In this document: in pieces, positions 37,469-46,062 of the stretch
How the letters are laid out: each line of letters opens with the position of its first letter
Position numbering within the stretch: the first letter of the stretch is position 1
From: an uncultured Clostridium sp.
Lineage (GTDB): Bacteria; Bacillota; Clostridia; TANB77; CAG-508
DNA length: 64,000 bases
Assembly: GCA_900555615.1 (NCBI GenBank)
Contig: USMB01000001.1
Span: forward strand, 64,470-128,469
Direction: 5' to 3'
Notes under the pieces: generated by a model
Database searches by the model: none
What the model was told of the DNA's origin: nothing
What the model saw: only the letters and a program-made list of their open reading frames with translations
Made by a program: the position numbers and the translations under genes

Positions 37469-37962
37469 TAAATTTTATGAGTTCATGGGCAGAACAAATT
37501 GTACTAGCTGTTATTATAGCTACAATAATAGAGCTAATATTGCCTAAAAATAAAAATACGAAATACATAAAAATGGTAATTGGAGTATATGTATTATTTA
37601 ATATTATTTCTCCAATTATTAAGAATAAAGAAAAATTTTCTGTGGAAAAATATAATACAGAAAAATATGAAACTCAGTCACAATATGAAGTTGATCAATC
37701 TTCGATGGATATAAGAATAGAAAAAATCTATTTAGAAGAACTTGAAAAAAAGACAATACAGAGTTTTGAAAATGATGGATTTTCTGTAGAAAAATGCAAT
37801 GTTGATGCGGTTTTAGATAGTACTAAAAAGAATGCAGGAATTCAGTTGATAACAATAAAAATTAAAGGCCCTGCTGAAAATCAAAAAGTAGAAGCTGCAA
37901 AGAAAAAATTAGCTGAAGAGTTTGAAATTTCAGAAGATAAGATTAAAGTGGTAATAAAATAG
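37465..37962 (+). CDS. spoIIIAF: Stage III sporulation protein AF
   Basis: Two N-terminal TM segments plus a soluble C-terminal domain. The start overlaps the spoIIIAE stop, and the position fits the operon order. Confidence 0.75.
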   Translation: MINFMSSWAEQIVLAVIIATIIELILPKNKNTKYIKMVIGVYVLFNIISPIIKNKEKFSVEKYNTEKYETQSQYEVDQSSMDIRIEKIYLEELEKKTIQSFENDGFSVEKCNVDAVLDSTKKNAGIQLITIKIKGPAENQKVEAAKKKLAEEFEISEDKIKVVIK

Positions 37963-37970
37963 GAGGAAGT

Positions 37971-38561
37971 ATGTTTAAAGAATTTTTTAAGAAAAATGGT
38001 GAAGAAAACGATAAAAAAAAGAACATAGAGAATATTATCGTTTTTATAATAATATTAATAATAACAGTATTGATTATAAATGTAATGTGGTCATCAGATG
38101 ACAATAAAAGTAAAAACAAGTCAGAAGATACTACAAAGGTACTTGCTCAAACAACTACAGCTAATGAGGAACAGGATAATTTGGAAAATAGACTTGAAAA
38201 TATTTTAGAAAGTATTAATGGGGTAGGAAAAGCAAAGGTTCTTATAAAATATTCTGAAAGTAGTTCAGTTGTAGCTGTTTATAATGAAACAAAATCTGAA
38301 AGTACTACACAAGAAAATGATGGCAGTAGCAACAAAGATGTAAAGCAAACAGAAAGCAAAAAAGAGGTTGCATATACAGACGAGAATGGTAAAAACACTC
38401 CGATTACAGAAAAGGTTATAATGCCAGTCATAGAAGGTGCAATAATAACAGCTCAAGGAGCTGGAAATGCCAACATAAAAGCATCAATAGTAAGTGCTGT
38501 AGAAGCAGTAACAGGACTTGCTGTACATAAAATTCAGGTTTTTGAAATGGGTTCAAAATAA
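37971..38561 (+). CDS. spoIIIAG: Stage III sporulation protein AG
   Basis: N-terminal TM, and a C-terminal segment PVIEGAIITAQGAGNANIKASIVSAVEAVTGLAVHKIQVF typical of the SpoIIIAG ring-building motif region. Confidence 0.8.
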   Translation: MFKEFFKKNGEENDKKKNIENIIVFIIILIITVLIINVMWSSDDNKSKNKSEDTTKVLAQTTTANEEQDNLENRLENILESINGVGKAKVLIKYSESSSVVAVYNETKSESTTQENDGSSNKDVKQTESKKEVAYTDENGKNTPITEKVIMPVIEGAIITAQGAGNANIKASIVSAVEAVTGLAVHKIQVFEMGSK

Positions 38562-38586
38562 TTATATATAAAGAGGGGGAATAATT

Positions 38587-39207
38587 ATGAAAATAAAAAA
38601 AGGAAGTCTTGCGCTTTATGCTGTAGCTTTAATGCTTGTTACAGCAGGATATTGGAGTTACATATCAAATGAATCAAAAGTATTAGAGACGGTTAGTTCT
38701 GCTAACCAAGGTGTTAATACTACAAACTCTACTGAAAATACAGTCACAGATTCAAGAGATGAACATTTAGGAGATGCAACACTTGTAAGCAACAATGAAT
38801 TAGTTGAAAATCAGGTAGAAAATTCAAATTCAAGTGAAGAGGCAGCAACTAAAGCGGAAGATGATTATTTTGAGGCTTCTAAATTATCAAGAGATACAAT
38901 GTATTCACAAACATTGGAAACTTATAAAGGAATGTTGAATAATTCGAATGTTTCAGAAGAACAAAAATCTATTGTTACACAGGAAATTACTAAATTAAAT
39001 AAAGAGAAAAATGCTATAATGATTTGCGAAAATCTAATGTCGACCAAAGGATTTGACAAGTGCGTAATTTTTGTAAATACAGATAGTATAAGTGTTATTG
39101 TAGGAAAAGAAGAGCTAAAAGCAGACGAAATTGCACAAATACAGAACATTGTTTCTAGAGAGATTGGTGCTAAAGTTGAAAATATTCATATAATGACAAA
39201 AAAATAA
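38587..39207 (+). CDS. spoIIIAH: Stage III sporulation protein AH
   Basis: N-terminal TM, a low-complexity linker, and a C-terminal domain KGFDKCVIFVNTDSISVIVGKEELKADEIAQIQNIV. It is the last gene of the cluster. Confidence 0.75.
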   Translation: MKIKKGSLALYAVALMLVTAGYWSYISNESKVLETVSSANQGVNTTNSTENTVTDSRDEHLGDATLVSNNELVENQVENSNSSEEAATKAEDDYFEASKLSRDTMYSQTLETYKGMLNNSNVSEEQKSIVTQEITKLNKEKNAIMICENLMSTKGFDKCVIFVNTDSISVIVGKEELKADEIAQIQNIVSREIGAKVENIHIMTKK

Positions 39208-39290
39208 AATTAAAGTTCTTGATTTCTTCTTTTATTTGTGATATAAAAATGATGAAAGCTGAAAAGCTATTGCGAAGGGAGAAAATAGAA

Positions 39291-39614
39291 ATGGAAGTAA
39301 ATGAAGAAAAAAGAAAAAAATTTATGGAATATGCTGGAAAGAGAGTAAATAATGTAATGCATGATATACAAATACTAGAGCCAATGTCTAGAAGTAGTGC
39401 ATATGATTTCACAAAAGAAGATGTAGAAGAAATGTTTTTTGCAATGCAAGAGGCTCTAAATACAGTAAAGGCGTCTTATGACAAAAAATTTGAAGAAAAA
39501 TCAAGAACAGAAAGAAAAGTTTTCTCTTTTGGTACAGTAACACCAACAAGTAATACAAATGATAATGAAGAAAATATAGAAGAAATTTCAGCTGAATCAG
39601 TAGAAAATGTATAA
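39291..39614 (+). CDS. Hypothetical small acidic protein
   Basis: ATG at 39291 is 9 nt after GGGAG. No motif recognised; the listed start at 39219 is an upstream extension. Confidence 0.45.
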   Translation: MEVNEEKRKKFMEYAGKRVNNVMHDIQILEPMSRSSAYDFTKEDVEEMFFAMQEALNTVKASYDKKFEEKSRTERKVFSFGTVTPTSNTNDNEENIEEISAESVENV

Positions 39615-39632
39615 AAATAGGAGGAAAGTATT

Positions 39633-40172
39633 ATGGAATTAAAAGGTTCAAAAACAGAACAAAATTTGATGACAGCATTTGCTGGAGAATCACAAGCTAG
39701 AAACAAATACACATATTTTGCAAGCAAAGCAAAAAAAGAAGGATATGAACAAATTGCTGCAATTTTTCAAGAAACAGCAGATAATGAAAAAGAACATGCA
39801 AAAATGTGGTTTAAATTATTAAATGGTGGAGATATCGGAACAACAGCTGAGAATTTAAAAGCTGCAGCTGATGGAGAAAATTATGAATGGACAGATATGT
39901 ATGCGGAATTTGCTAAAACTGCTAAAGAAGAAGGATTTGCAAGAATTGCATATTTATTCGAAGAAGTAGCTAAAATAGAAAAAGAGCATGAACAAAGATA
40001 TCTAAAATTATTAGAAAATGTAAAAGATGGAAAAGTATTTGAAGCTGGAGAAGTTAAGATTTGGAAATGCAGAAATTGTGGACATATTGTTGTTGGAACA
40101 TCTGCACCAGAAGTTTGCCCAGTATGTAATCATCCAAAAGCATATTTCGAAATTAAAGCAGAAAATTATTAA
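39633..40172 (+). CDS. rbr: Rubrerythrin
   Basis: Ferritin-like diiron domain (E...EKEH repeated twice) plus a C-terminal rubredoxin-type CRNCGH...CPVCNHP. Confidence 0.92.
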   Translation: MELKGSKTEQNLMTAFAGESQARNKYTYFASKAKKEGYEQIAAIFQETADNEKEHAKMWFKLLNGGDIGTTAENLKAAADGENYEWTDMYAEFAKTAKEEGFARIAYLFEEVAKIEKEHEQRYLKLLENVKDGKVFEAGEVKIWKCRNCGHIVVGTSAPEVCPVCNHPKAYFEIKAENY

Positions 40173-40196
40173 TATGGAAAATGAGTGCGAAAATGC

Positions 40197-40252
40197 GAAA
40201 ATGGTGTCGGTCCTTTTTTAACATTGTTTAAAAAAGGACCGACACCATTTTC
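40197..40252. terminator. Perfect 25-bp-arm palindrome (dispersed repeat family member) acting as a bidirectional terminator
   Basis: GAAAATGGTGTCGGTCCTTTTTTAA (40197-40221), loop CATTGT, then the exact reverse complement (40228-40252). It sits between convergent rbr and the GerA-family gene. Confidence 0.85.
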
Positions 40253-40271
40253 ACATTTTGAACTTTTTGTG

Positions 40272-41891
40272 TTACCACCACCATTTTCTACTAATTTTAG
40301 CTTGAGCCTTTTCTTTTTTGGGAGATAAGAAACTTGGGCGATATTCTTGCTTCCAAAAGTGAGGAACAAAATACCCAGTTCCTCTCATATTACCAGAAGG
40401 AGTAAGAGGAGCAGTATAAGGAACTCCAAAAGATTTTATACTGCAAAGCATTGAAACATAAATAAATAATCCGACACCAATGCCCAAAAATCCAGCAGTA
40501 GCCCCTAAAGCAATAAACCAAAATCTAAAAATTCTAATGTGAAAGCCAAAAGAAAAATCTGGCATAGAAAAAGAAGCAATTCCTGTAATAGCTACAATTA
40601 TTATTAATATAGGACTAACAATTCCAGCATTAACAGCAGCATCGCCTAATATTAAAGCACCAACAATACCAATAGAAGAGGCAATTAGTGAGGGAACTCT
40701 TAAACTTGCTTCTCTAATAAGTTCAAAGGCTAATTCCAAAAGAATAATTTCTAAGATTATAGGAAAAGGTACATTTTCTCTTGCTGAGAGAATCGAAAAC
40801 AGGAGTTCTGTTGGCAAAAGTTCTTGATGAAAGTTGGTTATAGCCATATATAATCCTGGTAATAATAATGTAGTAATTGCTGCTAAGATTCTTATTACTC
40901 TTAAAAAATTAGCAAATAAAGGTCTTAAATTTGTATCTTCAGGAGAGAAAAGGAAATCTTCTATTGTAGCAGGTAAAATAATAGAATAAGGGTTTCCGTT
41001 TAATAAAAGAACAATTCTACCTTGAAACAAATATTTTGCACATTTATCAGGTCTTTCAGTTGATAAAACATGAGGAATACCAAATCCTCCATCATCTTCA
41101 ATTAATTGTTCTAGTTCACCAGTAGAAAGCAAAGAATCAACTGCTAAATTATTTAATCTATATTTAATTTCAGAAACTAAATCGCCATTTGCAATATTTT
41201 GAAGATAGCAAACACTGCACTTAATTTTACTAATTTTTCCTATAGGAATTGTTTCAATAACAAGATTTTCGTTATTTACAATACGCCTTATAAGAGAAGT
41301 ATTTGTCCTTATATTCTCAACAAAACCTTCTTGAGGACCTTTTATAGCAGACTCATTTACAGGAACACTTATATTTCGGTGTTCATATTTTTTTACATCA
41401 ATATCAAATGCAATTTCGAGAGTATCAATAAATAATAAACAATCTCCCATATTAATTCCAGAAAATACATCTGAATAATTTTTTACACTAGTAACGCTAT
41501 TTTGAGGCAGTAAACAATTATAAATGTAATCCGATAGAGCTCCATCAAATGGCTTGTTATATCTAAATTTACCTAGCATTAATGGCTCCAAAATAAAGTC
41601 ATTAATAGATAAGGAATCAACTAGGCCATCGATATAAATAATAAAACATTTATGATTTTCATTATAAACAAACATGTTAAATTCTCGTATTATTATATCA
41701 GAACAAATCAAAGCATTATATTTACTTTTCAAAAAGTCTAAATTTTCTTTTATGTTTGCAAAAACTTTATAATTGTCTGCTGGAGAAGCATCTGTTGACA
41801 CATTATTAACATTGTTATTTAAAATGGAAAAATTATAATCATTGCTAGATGAATATTTAATTAAATTACTAAAAAAATCTTTAAAACTCAT
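40272..41891 (-). CDS. Spore germination protein, GerA family A subunit
   Basis: IIIREFNM...IIYIDGLVD, PQEGFVENIRTNTSLIRRI, a C-terminal 4-5 TM bundle and FVPHFWK are all typical of GerxA proteins. The likely start is MSFKDFF at 41891; the listed start at 42032 extends into the divergent promoter region. Confidence 0.85.
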   Translation of the reverse strand: MSFKDFFSNLIKYSSSNDYNFSILNNNVNNVSTDASPADNYKVFANIKENLDFLKSKYNALICSDIIIREFNMFVYNENHKCFIIYIDGLVDSLSINDFILEPLMLGKFRYNKPFDGALSDYIYNCLLPQNSVTSVKNYSDVFSGINMGDCLLFIDTLEIAFDIDVKKYEHRNISVPVNESAIKGPQEGFVENIRTNTSLIRRIVNNENLVIETIPIGKISKIKCSVCYLQNIANGDLVSEIKYRLNNLAVDSLLSTGELEQLIEDDGGFGIPHVLSTERPDKCAKYLFQGRIVLLLNGNPYSIILPATIEDFLFSPEDTNLRPLFANFLRVIRILAAITTLLLPGLYMAITNFHQELLPTELLFSILSARENVPFPIILEIILLELAFELIREASLRVPSLIASSIGIVGALILGDAAVNAGIVSPILIIIVAITGIASFSMPDFSFGFHIRIFRFWFIALGATAGFLGIGVGLFIYVSMLCSIKSFGVPYTAPLTPSGNMRGTGYFVPHFWKQEYRPSFLSPKKEKAQAKISRKWWW

Positions 41892-41985
41892 ATTAGTAAT
41901 ATTTGCAAAAAATAAAAAAATATTCAAAAAACTTGAAAAGGAAATGAGAATAATATATAATTTAAATAGTGTTGTGGAGGAATGT

Positions 41986-43098
41986 ATGAAAGATAAAATA
42001 CTTGGATTTTTATTATTTTTTATTATAGTCATGATAATTATTGTTATGGCTGGATTTGGATATGTAATGTATGCAGAAATAACAGGAGAACATCCAATAA
42101 CAATTAATTTTATTGGTGATGGAGATTTATCAATATCAAAAGGGGAAAATATAAATAAAAATACAACAATAATTCAAGCAAGTGAAAGCAATTTTGGTGG
42201 AGTAAATGAGAACAACAAGACTAATACTAGCAGAAATCATAATTTATATGACCAACTTGATGAAAATGCAAAAAAACTATATGATAAATTATATGAAAAT
42301 AGAGAAAATTTAAAAACTGGAACATATAAAATAGAGTATGGAAATACATTTCAAAACTTGTTATCAAGCAGTGATGGAGAAGCTAAATTGAAGAAAGAAT
42401 ATCAATCAGCCATAGAAGTGCTAGTATATGAAAATCCAGAGATTTTTTATATTGATGCAACAAGTATGTTTATAAATATAGAAAAAATAACAAAAATAAC
42501 AGGAACAAAATACAATGTTTATATAGACAATGGAAATAAAGAAAGCTACTTATCAGAAGGATTTAATTCAAAAGAAGATGTAGATAAATATCAAGCAGAA
42601 ATAAAAAAAGTGAAAGATAGTATATTATCAGTACTAGATGGAAAAAGTGATTATGAAAAAATTAAAATAGTTCATGATTATTTAGTAGACACAATAGAAT
42701 ATGATTCATCTGTTTCATTAGATAATATATACAATATCTATGGAGCACTAGTATCTAAAGTATGTGTATGTGAAGGATATGCAAAAGCTTTTCAATATTT
42801 GATGGATGAAGCAGGAATTGAAAATACAATTGTAATAGGAAAAGGAACCAACAGCAAAGGAAAAACAGAGAATCATGCATGGAATTATGTGAAACTTGAT
42901 GGAAAATGGTATGGGATAGATACAACGTGGGATGATCCAATACTAATAGGTTCAGGAGTTCTTATTAGCAAATCAAAATATCAGTATTTTTTAAAGGGTT
43001 CAAAAACAATGAACCAAAATCATTTTATTTCAGGAAAATTTACTGATGCTGGGCAGACATTCACATTTCCAGAGTTAAGTGTAGAGGATTATGAGTAA
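41986..43098 (+). CDS. Transglutaminase-like cysteine peptidase domain protein (membrane anchored)
   Basis: N-terminal TM and the catalytic triad contexts CVCEGYAKAF, HAWNYV and IDTTWDD. ATG at 41986 follows GGAGG. Confidence 0.78.
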   Translation: MKDKILGFLLFFIIVMIIIVMAGFGYVMYAEITGEHPITINFIGDGDLSISKGENINKNTTIIQASESNFGGVNENNKTNTSRNHNLYDQLDENAKKLYDKLYENRENLKTGTYKIEYGNTFQNLLSSSDGEAKLKKEYQSAIEVLVYENPEIFYIDATSMFINIEKITKITGTKYNVYIDNGNKESYLSEGFNSKEDVDKYQAEIKKVKDSILSVLDGKSDYEKIKIVHDYLVDTIEYDSSVSLDNIYNIYGALVSKVCVCEGYAKAFQYLMDEAGIENTIVIGKGTNSKGKTENHAWNYVKLDGKWYGIDTTWDDPILIGSGVLISKSKYQYFLKGSKTMNQNHFISGKFTDAGQTFTFPELSVEDYE

Positions 43099-43111
43099 GG
43101 AGAGTGACGTG

Positions 43112-44210
43112 ATGATAGAATTAGAAGAAAATTCAAAAAAATTAGAAACATTAGGAACAAAAGTACAAAGTTTAGGTGATTCCCTTTGACATTTCTAAAA
43201 TAGAAAAAGAATTAAAGGACTTAGAAGATGAAACTGTAAAAGAAGAATTTTGGCAAAAGCCATCAGCAGATACCTCAAAAGTTTTGGCTAAAATAAAACA
43301 ACTAAAAGGCAAAGTGGAAAAATTTAAGAAGATTGAAAATGAAGTTACAAATTTAAAAGACTTAACAGAATTAGCCAACATGGAAGACGATGAAGAAGTA
43401 GCTAAAGAGATATTAAAATCAACAAAGCAACTTGAAGGCGATTTGGAAAATTTACAACTTGAAACATTGCTTTCAGGCAAATATGACAGAAATAATGCTA
43501 TATTAACTTTACATCCAGGTGCAGGTGGAACAGAATCACAAGACTGGGCAGAAATGTTATATAGAATGTATACTAGATGGGCAACAAAAAAAGGATATGA
43601 AGTAAAAGAATTAGACTATTTAGAAGGAGAAGAGGCAGGAATTAAAAGTGTAACATTTGAAGTGGTAGGAGAAAATGCATATGGATATTTAAAAGGCGAA
43701 ATGGGAGTGCATAGATTGGTAAGAATATCACCATTTGATGCAGGAGGAAGAAGACATACCTCATTTGCATCATTAGAAGTTTTGCCAGAAATAACAGATG
43801 ATATCCAAATAGACATTAATCCAGATGATTTGCGTGTAGATACATATAGAGCTTCTGGAGCTGGAGGACAGCACATAAATAAAACATCATCAGCAGTTAG
43901 AATTACACATATTCCAACAAATATTGTAGTTGCTTGTCAATCTGAGCGTTCTCAAATTCAAAATAGAGAAACTGCAATGAAAATGTTGAAATCAAAATTA
44001 TTAAATTTAAAAGAAAAAGAGCAAAAAGAAACAATAGAAGAATTAAAAGGAAATCAAAAAGATATTGCATGGGGAAGCCAAATTCGTTCATACGTTTTTT
44101 GTCCATATACACTCGTAAAAGACCACAGAACAAATTACGAAGTAGGAAACGTGGAAAGTGTTATGGATGGCGACTTAGACGGATTTATAGAGGCTTTTTT
44201 GAAAGGCTAA
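43112..44210 (+). CDS. prfB: Peptide chain release factor 2, requires programmed +1 frameshift: join(43112..43186,43188..44210)
   Basis: A short frame-0 ORF (MIELEENSKKLETLGTKVQSLGDSL) ends at the in-frame TGA 43187-43189 within CTT TGA C. The +1 frame continues DISKIEKELKDL. The SPF and GGQ motifs are present. Confidence 0.95.
43173..43190 (+). promoter_or_regulatory. RF2 autoregulatory frameshift site
   Basis: An SD-like AGGTGAT (43173-43179) lies upstream of the slippery CTT (43184-43186) and the TGA-C stop context. Confidence 0.9.
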
Positions 44211-44216
44211 TTTGTT

Positions 44217-44272
44217 AATTTGGGGTCGGTGTTTTTCTTGACAAGCTGTCAAAAAAACATCGACCCCAAATT
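44217..44272. repeat. Nested palindromic repeat unit (dispersed family) immediately after prfB
   Basis: AATTTGGGGTCGGTGTTTTT (44217-44236) pairs with AAAAACATCGACCCCAAATT (44253-44272), with one mismatch. These arms enclose the TTGACA-agc-TGTCAA hairpin, and flanking CAAATTG/TAATTTG duplications extend the unit to about 44207-44284. Confidence 0.8.
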
Positions 44273-44289
44273 GCCACCAAATTGATATA

Positions 44290-44351
44290 TTCTTAATATA
44301 ATATAGGGAGTAGCATTTAATTAAATACAACTCTTTATATTATATTAAGAA
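44290..44351 (+). promoter_or_regulatory. Long AT-rich stem-loop abutting the aspartokinase RBS
   Basis: TTCTTAATATAATATAGGGAG (44290-44310) pairs with CTCTTTATATTATATTAAGAA (44331-44351) as 21 bp including two G-U pairs. The loop is 20 nt and no T-run follows. Confidence 0.5.
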
Positions 44352-44362
44352 AGGTGCAAAAG

Positions 44363-45328
44363 ATGGAAACAATAGTAATTAAATTTGGAGGAAGCTCTGT
44401 TGCAGACAACAGCAAATTACAATTGGTTGCAAATAAAGTTATAAAATTATATGATGAAGATAATAATGTAGTTGTTGTAGTTTCTGCACAGGGTAAAAAA
44501 ACAGACCAGCTAATAAAAGAAGCTGAAGAATTATCATTAAAACCTGATAAAAGAGAAATGGATACATTGATAAGTGTTGGAGAACAAATTAGTGCTAGTA
44601 AATTAGCAATTTTATTAAATTATTTAGGATATCAAGCGATATCTCTTACAGGTTGGCAGGCAGGAATTCACACAAGTGATGAAAATCAAAATGCTAAAAT
44701 AGAATATATTGATTGTACGAGAATAGAACAAGAATTGGATGAAGGAAAAATTGTTATAATTACAGGATTTCAAGGGATAAATGATAATAATGATATTACT
44801 ACATTAGGAAGAGGAGGTTCTGATACAACAGCTGTTGCATTGGCTGCAAGTCTAAAAGCTAAACAATGCTACATATATTCTGATGTTGATGGAATATATT
44901 CAGCAGATCCTAATAAAGTTGAAGGCACTAGAAAATTAACTGATATTTCTTATGAAGAAATGCATGCATTATCAAGTGAAGGTGCAAAAGTTTTACATGA
45001 TAGATGTGTTGAGATTGGTGAAAAATATAATGTGCCAATAGTTACTGGTTCTACATTTAATAATAATCCAGGAACAGTGATATCTCATAAGTTGGAGGCT
45101 TCTGGAATAAAAAGCATTGTAAAAAAAGATGTTTCTAGAGTATCTGTTATTGGTTTTGGAATTAGTTCTAGAGATGAAATTATTAATAAGATTTTAGATA
45201 TTGCAAATAAAAATAGTTTGGAGATTTTTAATATTGATATTAGTAGAACGAAAATTTCAATAGTTTTTAAAGAGATGGTTAAAGATGAAATTTTACAAGA
45301 ATTACATGAGGTTCTTGTAAGAACTTGA
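44363..45328 (+). CDS. Aspartate kinase (unusually short, apparently a single ACT domain)
   Basis: VIKFGGSSV, GRGGSDTTAVALA, YSDVDGIYSADP and a C-terminal ACT-like segment VSVIGFGISS. ATG at 44363 follows AAAGGTG. Confidence 0.8.
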   Translation: METIVIKFGGSSVADNSKLQLVANKVIKLYDEDNNVVVVVSAQGKKTDQLIKEAEELSLKPDKREMDTLISVGEQISASKLAILLNYLGYQAISLTGWQAGIHTSDENQNAKIEYIDCTRIEQELDEGKIVIITGFQGINDNNDITTLGRGGSDTTAVALAASLKAKQCYIYSDVDGIYSADPNKVEGTRKLTDISYEEMHALSSEGAKVLHDRCVEIGEKYNVPIVTGSTFNNNPGTVISHKLEASGIKSIVKKDVSRVSVIGFGISSRDEIINKILDIANKNSLEIFNIDISRTKISIVFKEMVKDEILQELHEVLVRT

Positions 45329-45432
45329 TATTTGTATTGTAACGTGATATAATACTTCTGCTTATAATTTGTAATTCGCTTTAGAATTAAAGTGAATAAA
45401 ATATTCAAATACGAAAAACAGGAGGTCATATT

Positions 45433-45906
45433 ATGATTTCGATTGAAGATGTCCGGAAAGCTAAAATAACCGATTTGTATTTTGCACAAATCAAGAAAAG
45501 ATTAACATGGGAAGAAGCAGAGAATGTAAAAGTGTATTCTGATGAATATCCTAATGCCAAAACTCCAGGGGATTTATTGCGAATTGCAGTTAGAAATGTA
45601 TTGAGTAGTCAAAGAGTAGAAGTTACTGAGCAAAAAATTAGAGAATGTGAAGAAGATGTTAAAAAAGCAATTCTTTCTGGGCTTGAGGAAACTCAGCACA
45701 CGATATTACTGAAAAAGGGCGATGAATATTTTGACCTTGCAACAATGCAAATGCTGGAGGAAGAATATGAAGTCGTTGAACTTACTCCTTTTTGTATGCA
45801 TGGTTCTGAAAGTGATTATAGTTTTGAGAATACAGAAAAAGGTCTTATCTTTAATCTGGAAGAAGGAGTCTTCGAAAAATATTTGAATGAGCACAGCAAA
45901 AAATAA
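45433..45906 (+). CDS. Hypothetical protein
   Basis: RBS CAGGAGG 7 nt upstream of the ATG. No motif recognised. Confidence 0.5.
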   Translation: MISIEDVRKAKITDLYFAQIKKRLTWEEAENVKVYSDEYPNAKTPGDLLRIAVRNVLSSQRVEVTEQKIRECEEDVKKAILSGLEETQHTILLKKGDEYFDLATMQMLEEEYEVVELTPFCMHGSESDYSFENTEKGLIFNLEEGVFEKYLNEHSKK

Positions 45907-45922
45907 CTGAGCTGTGAAAAAG

Positions 45923-45953
45923 CCTTTATCTTTAAAGAGATGAAGGTTTTTTT
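45923..45953 (+). terminator. Rho-independent terminator
   Basis: CCTTTATCT / AGATGAAGG stem (one G-U pair) followed by T7. Confidence 0.7.
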
Positions 45954-46062
45954 ATAAGTATTATAAATATTGAAATTAATCAGAATACCTATTGAAAAAA
46001 TAAATTTATTAATATATAATTGACATGGACAAAAGTAAAAACGAAGAAAGGAACATAGGAAA

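Noticed and set aside
44211-44362. Lysine (L-box) riboswitch upstream of the aspartokinase
   Set aside because: The region is too short and is fully accounted for by the repeat palindrome and a simple AT-rich hairpin. I saw no L-box-like multi-helix junction.
45433-45906. Hypothetical gene as a horizontally acquired islet
   Set aside because: It uses somewhat more G/C-ending codons (TCG, CGG, CCG, CTG) than its neighbours. The difference is small, I could not quantify it, and no mobility genes or repeats flank it.
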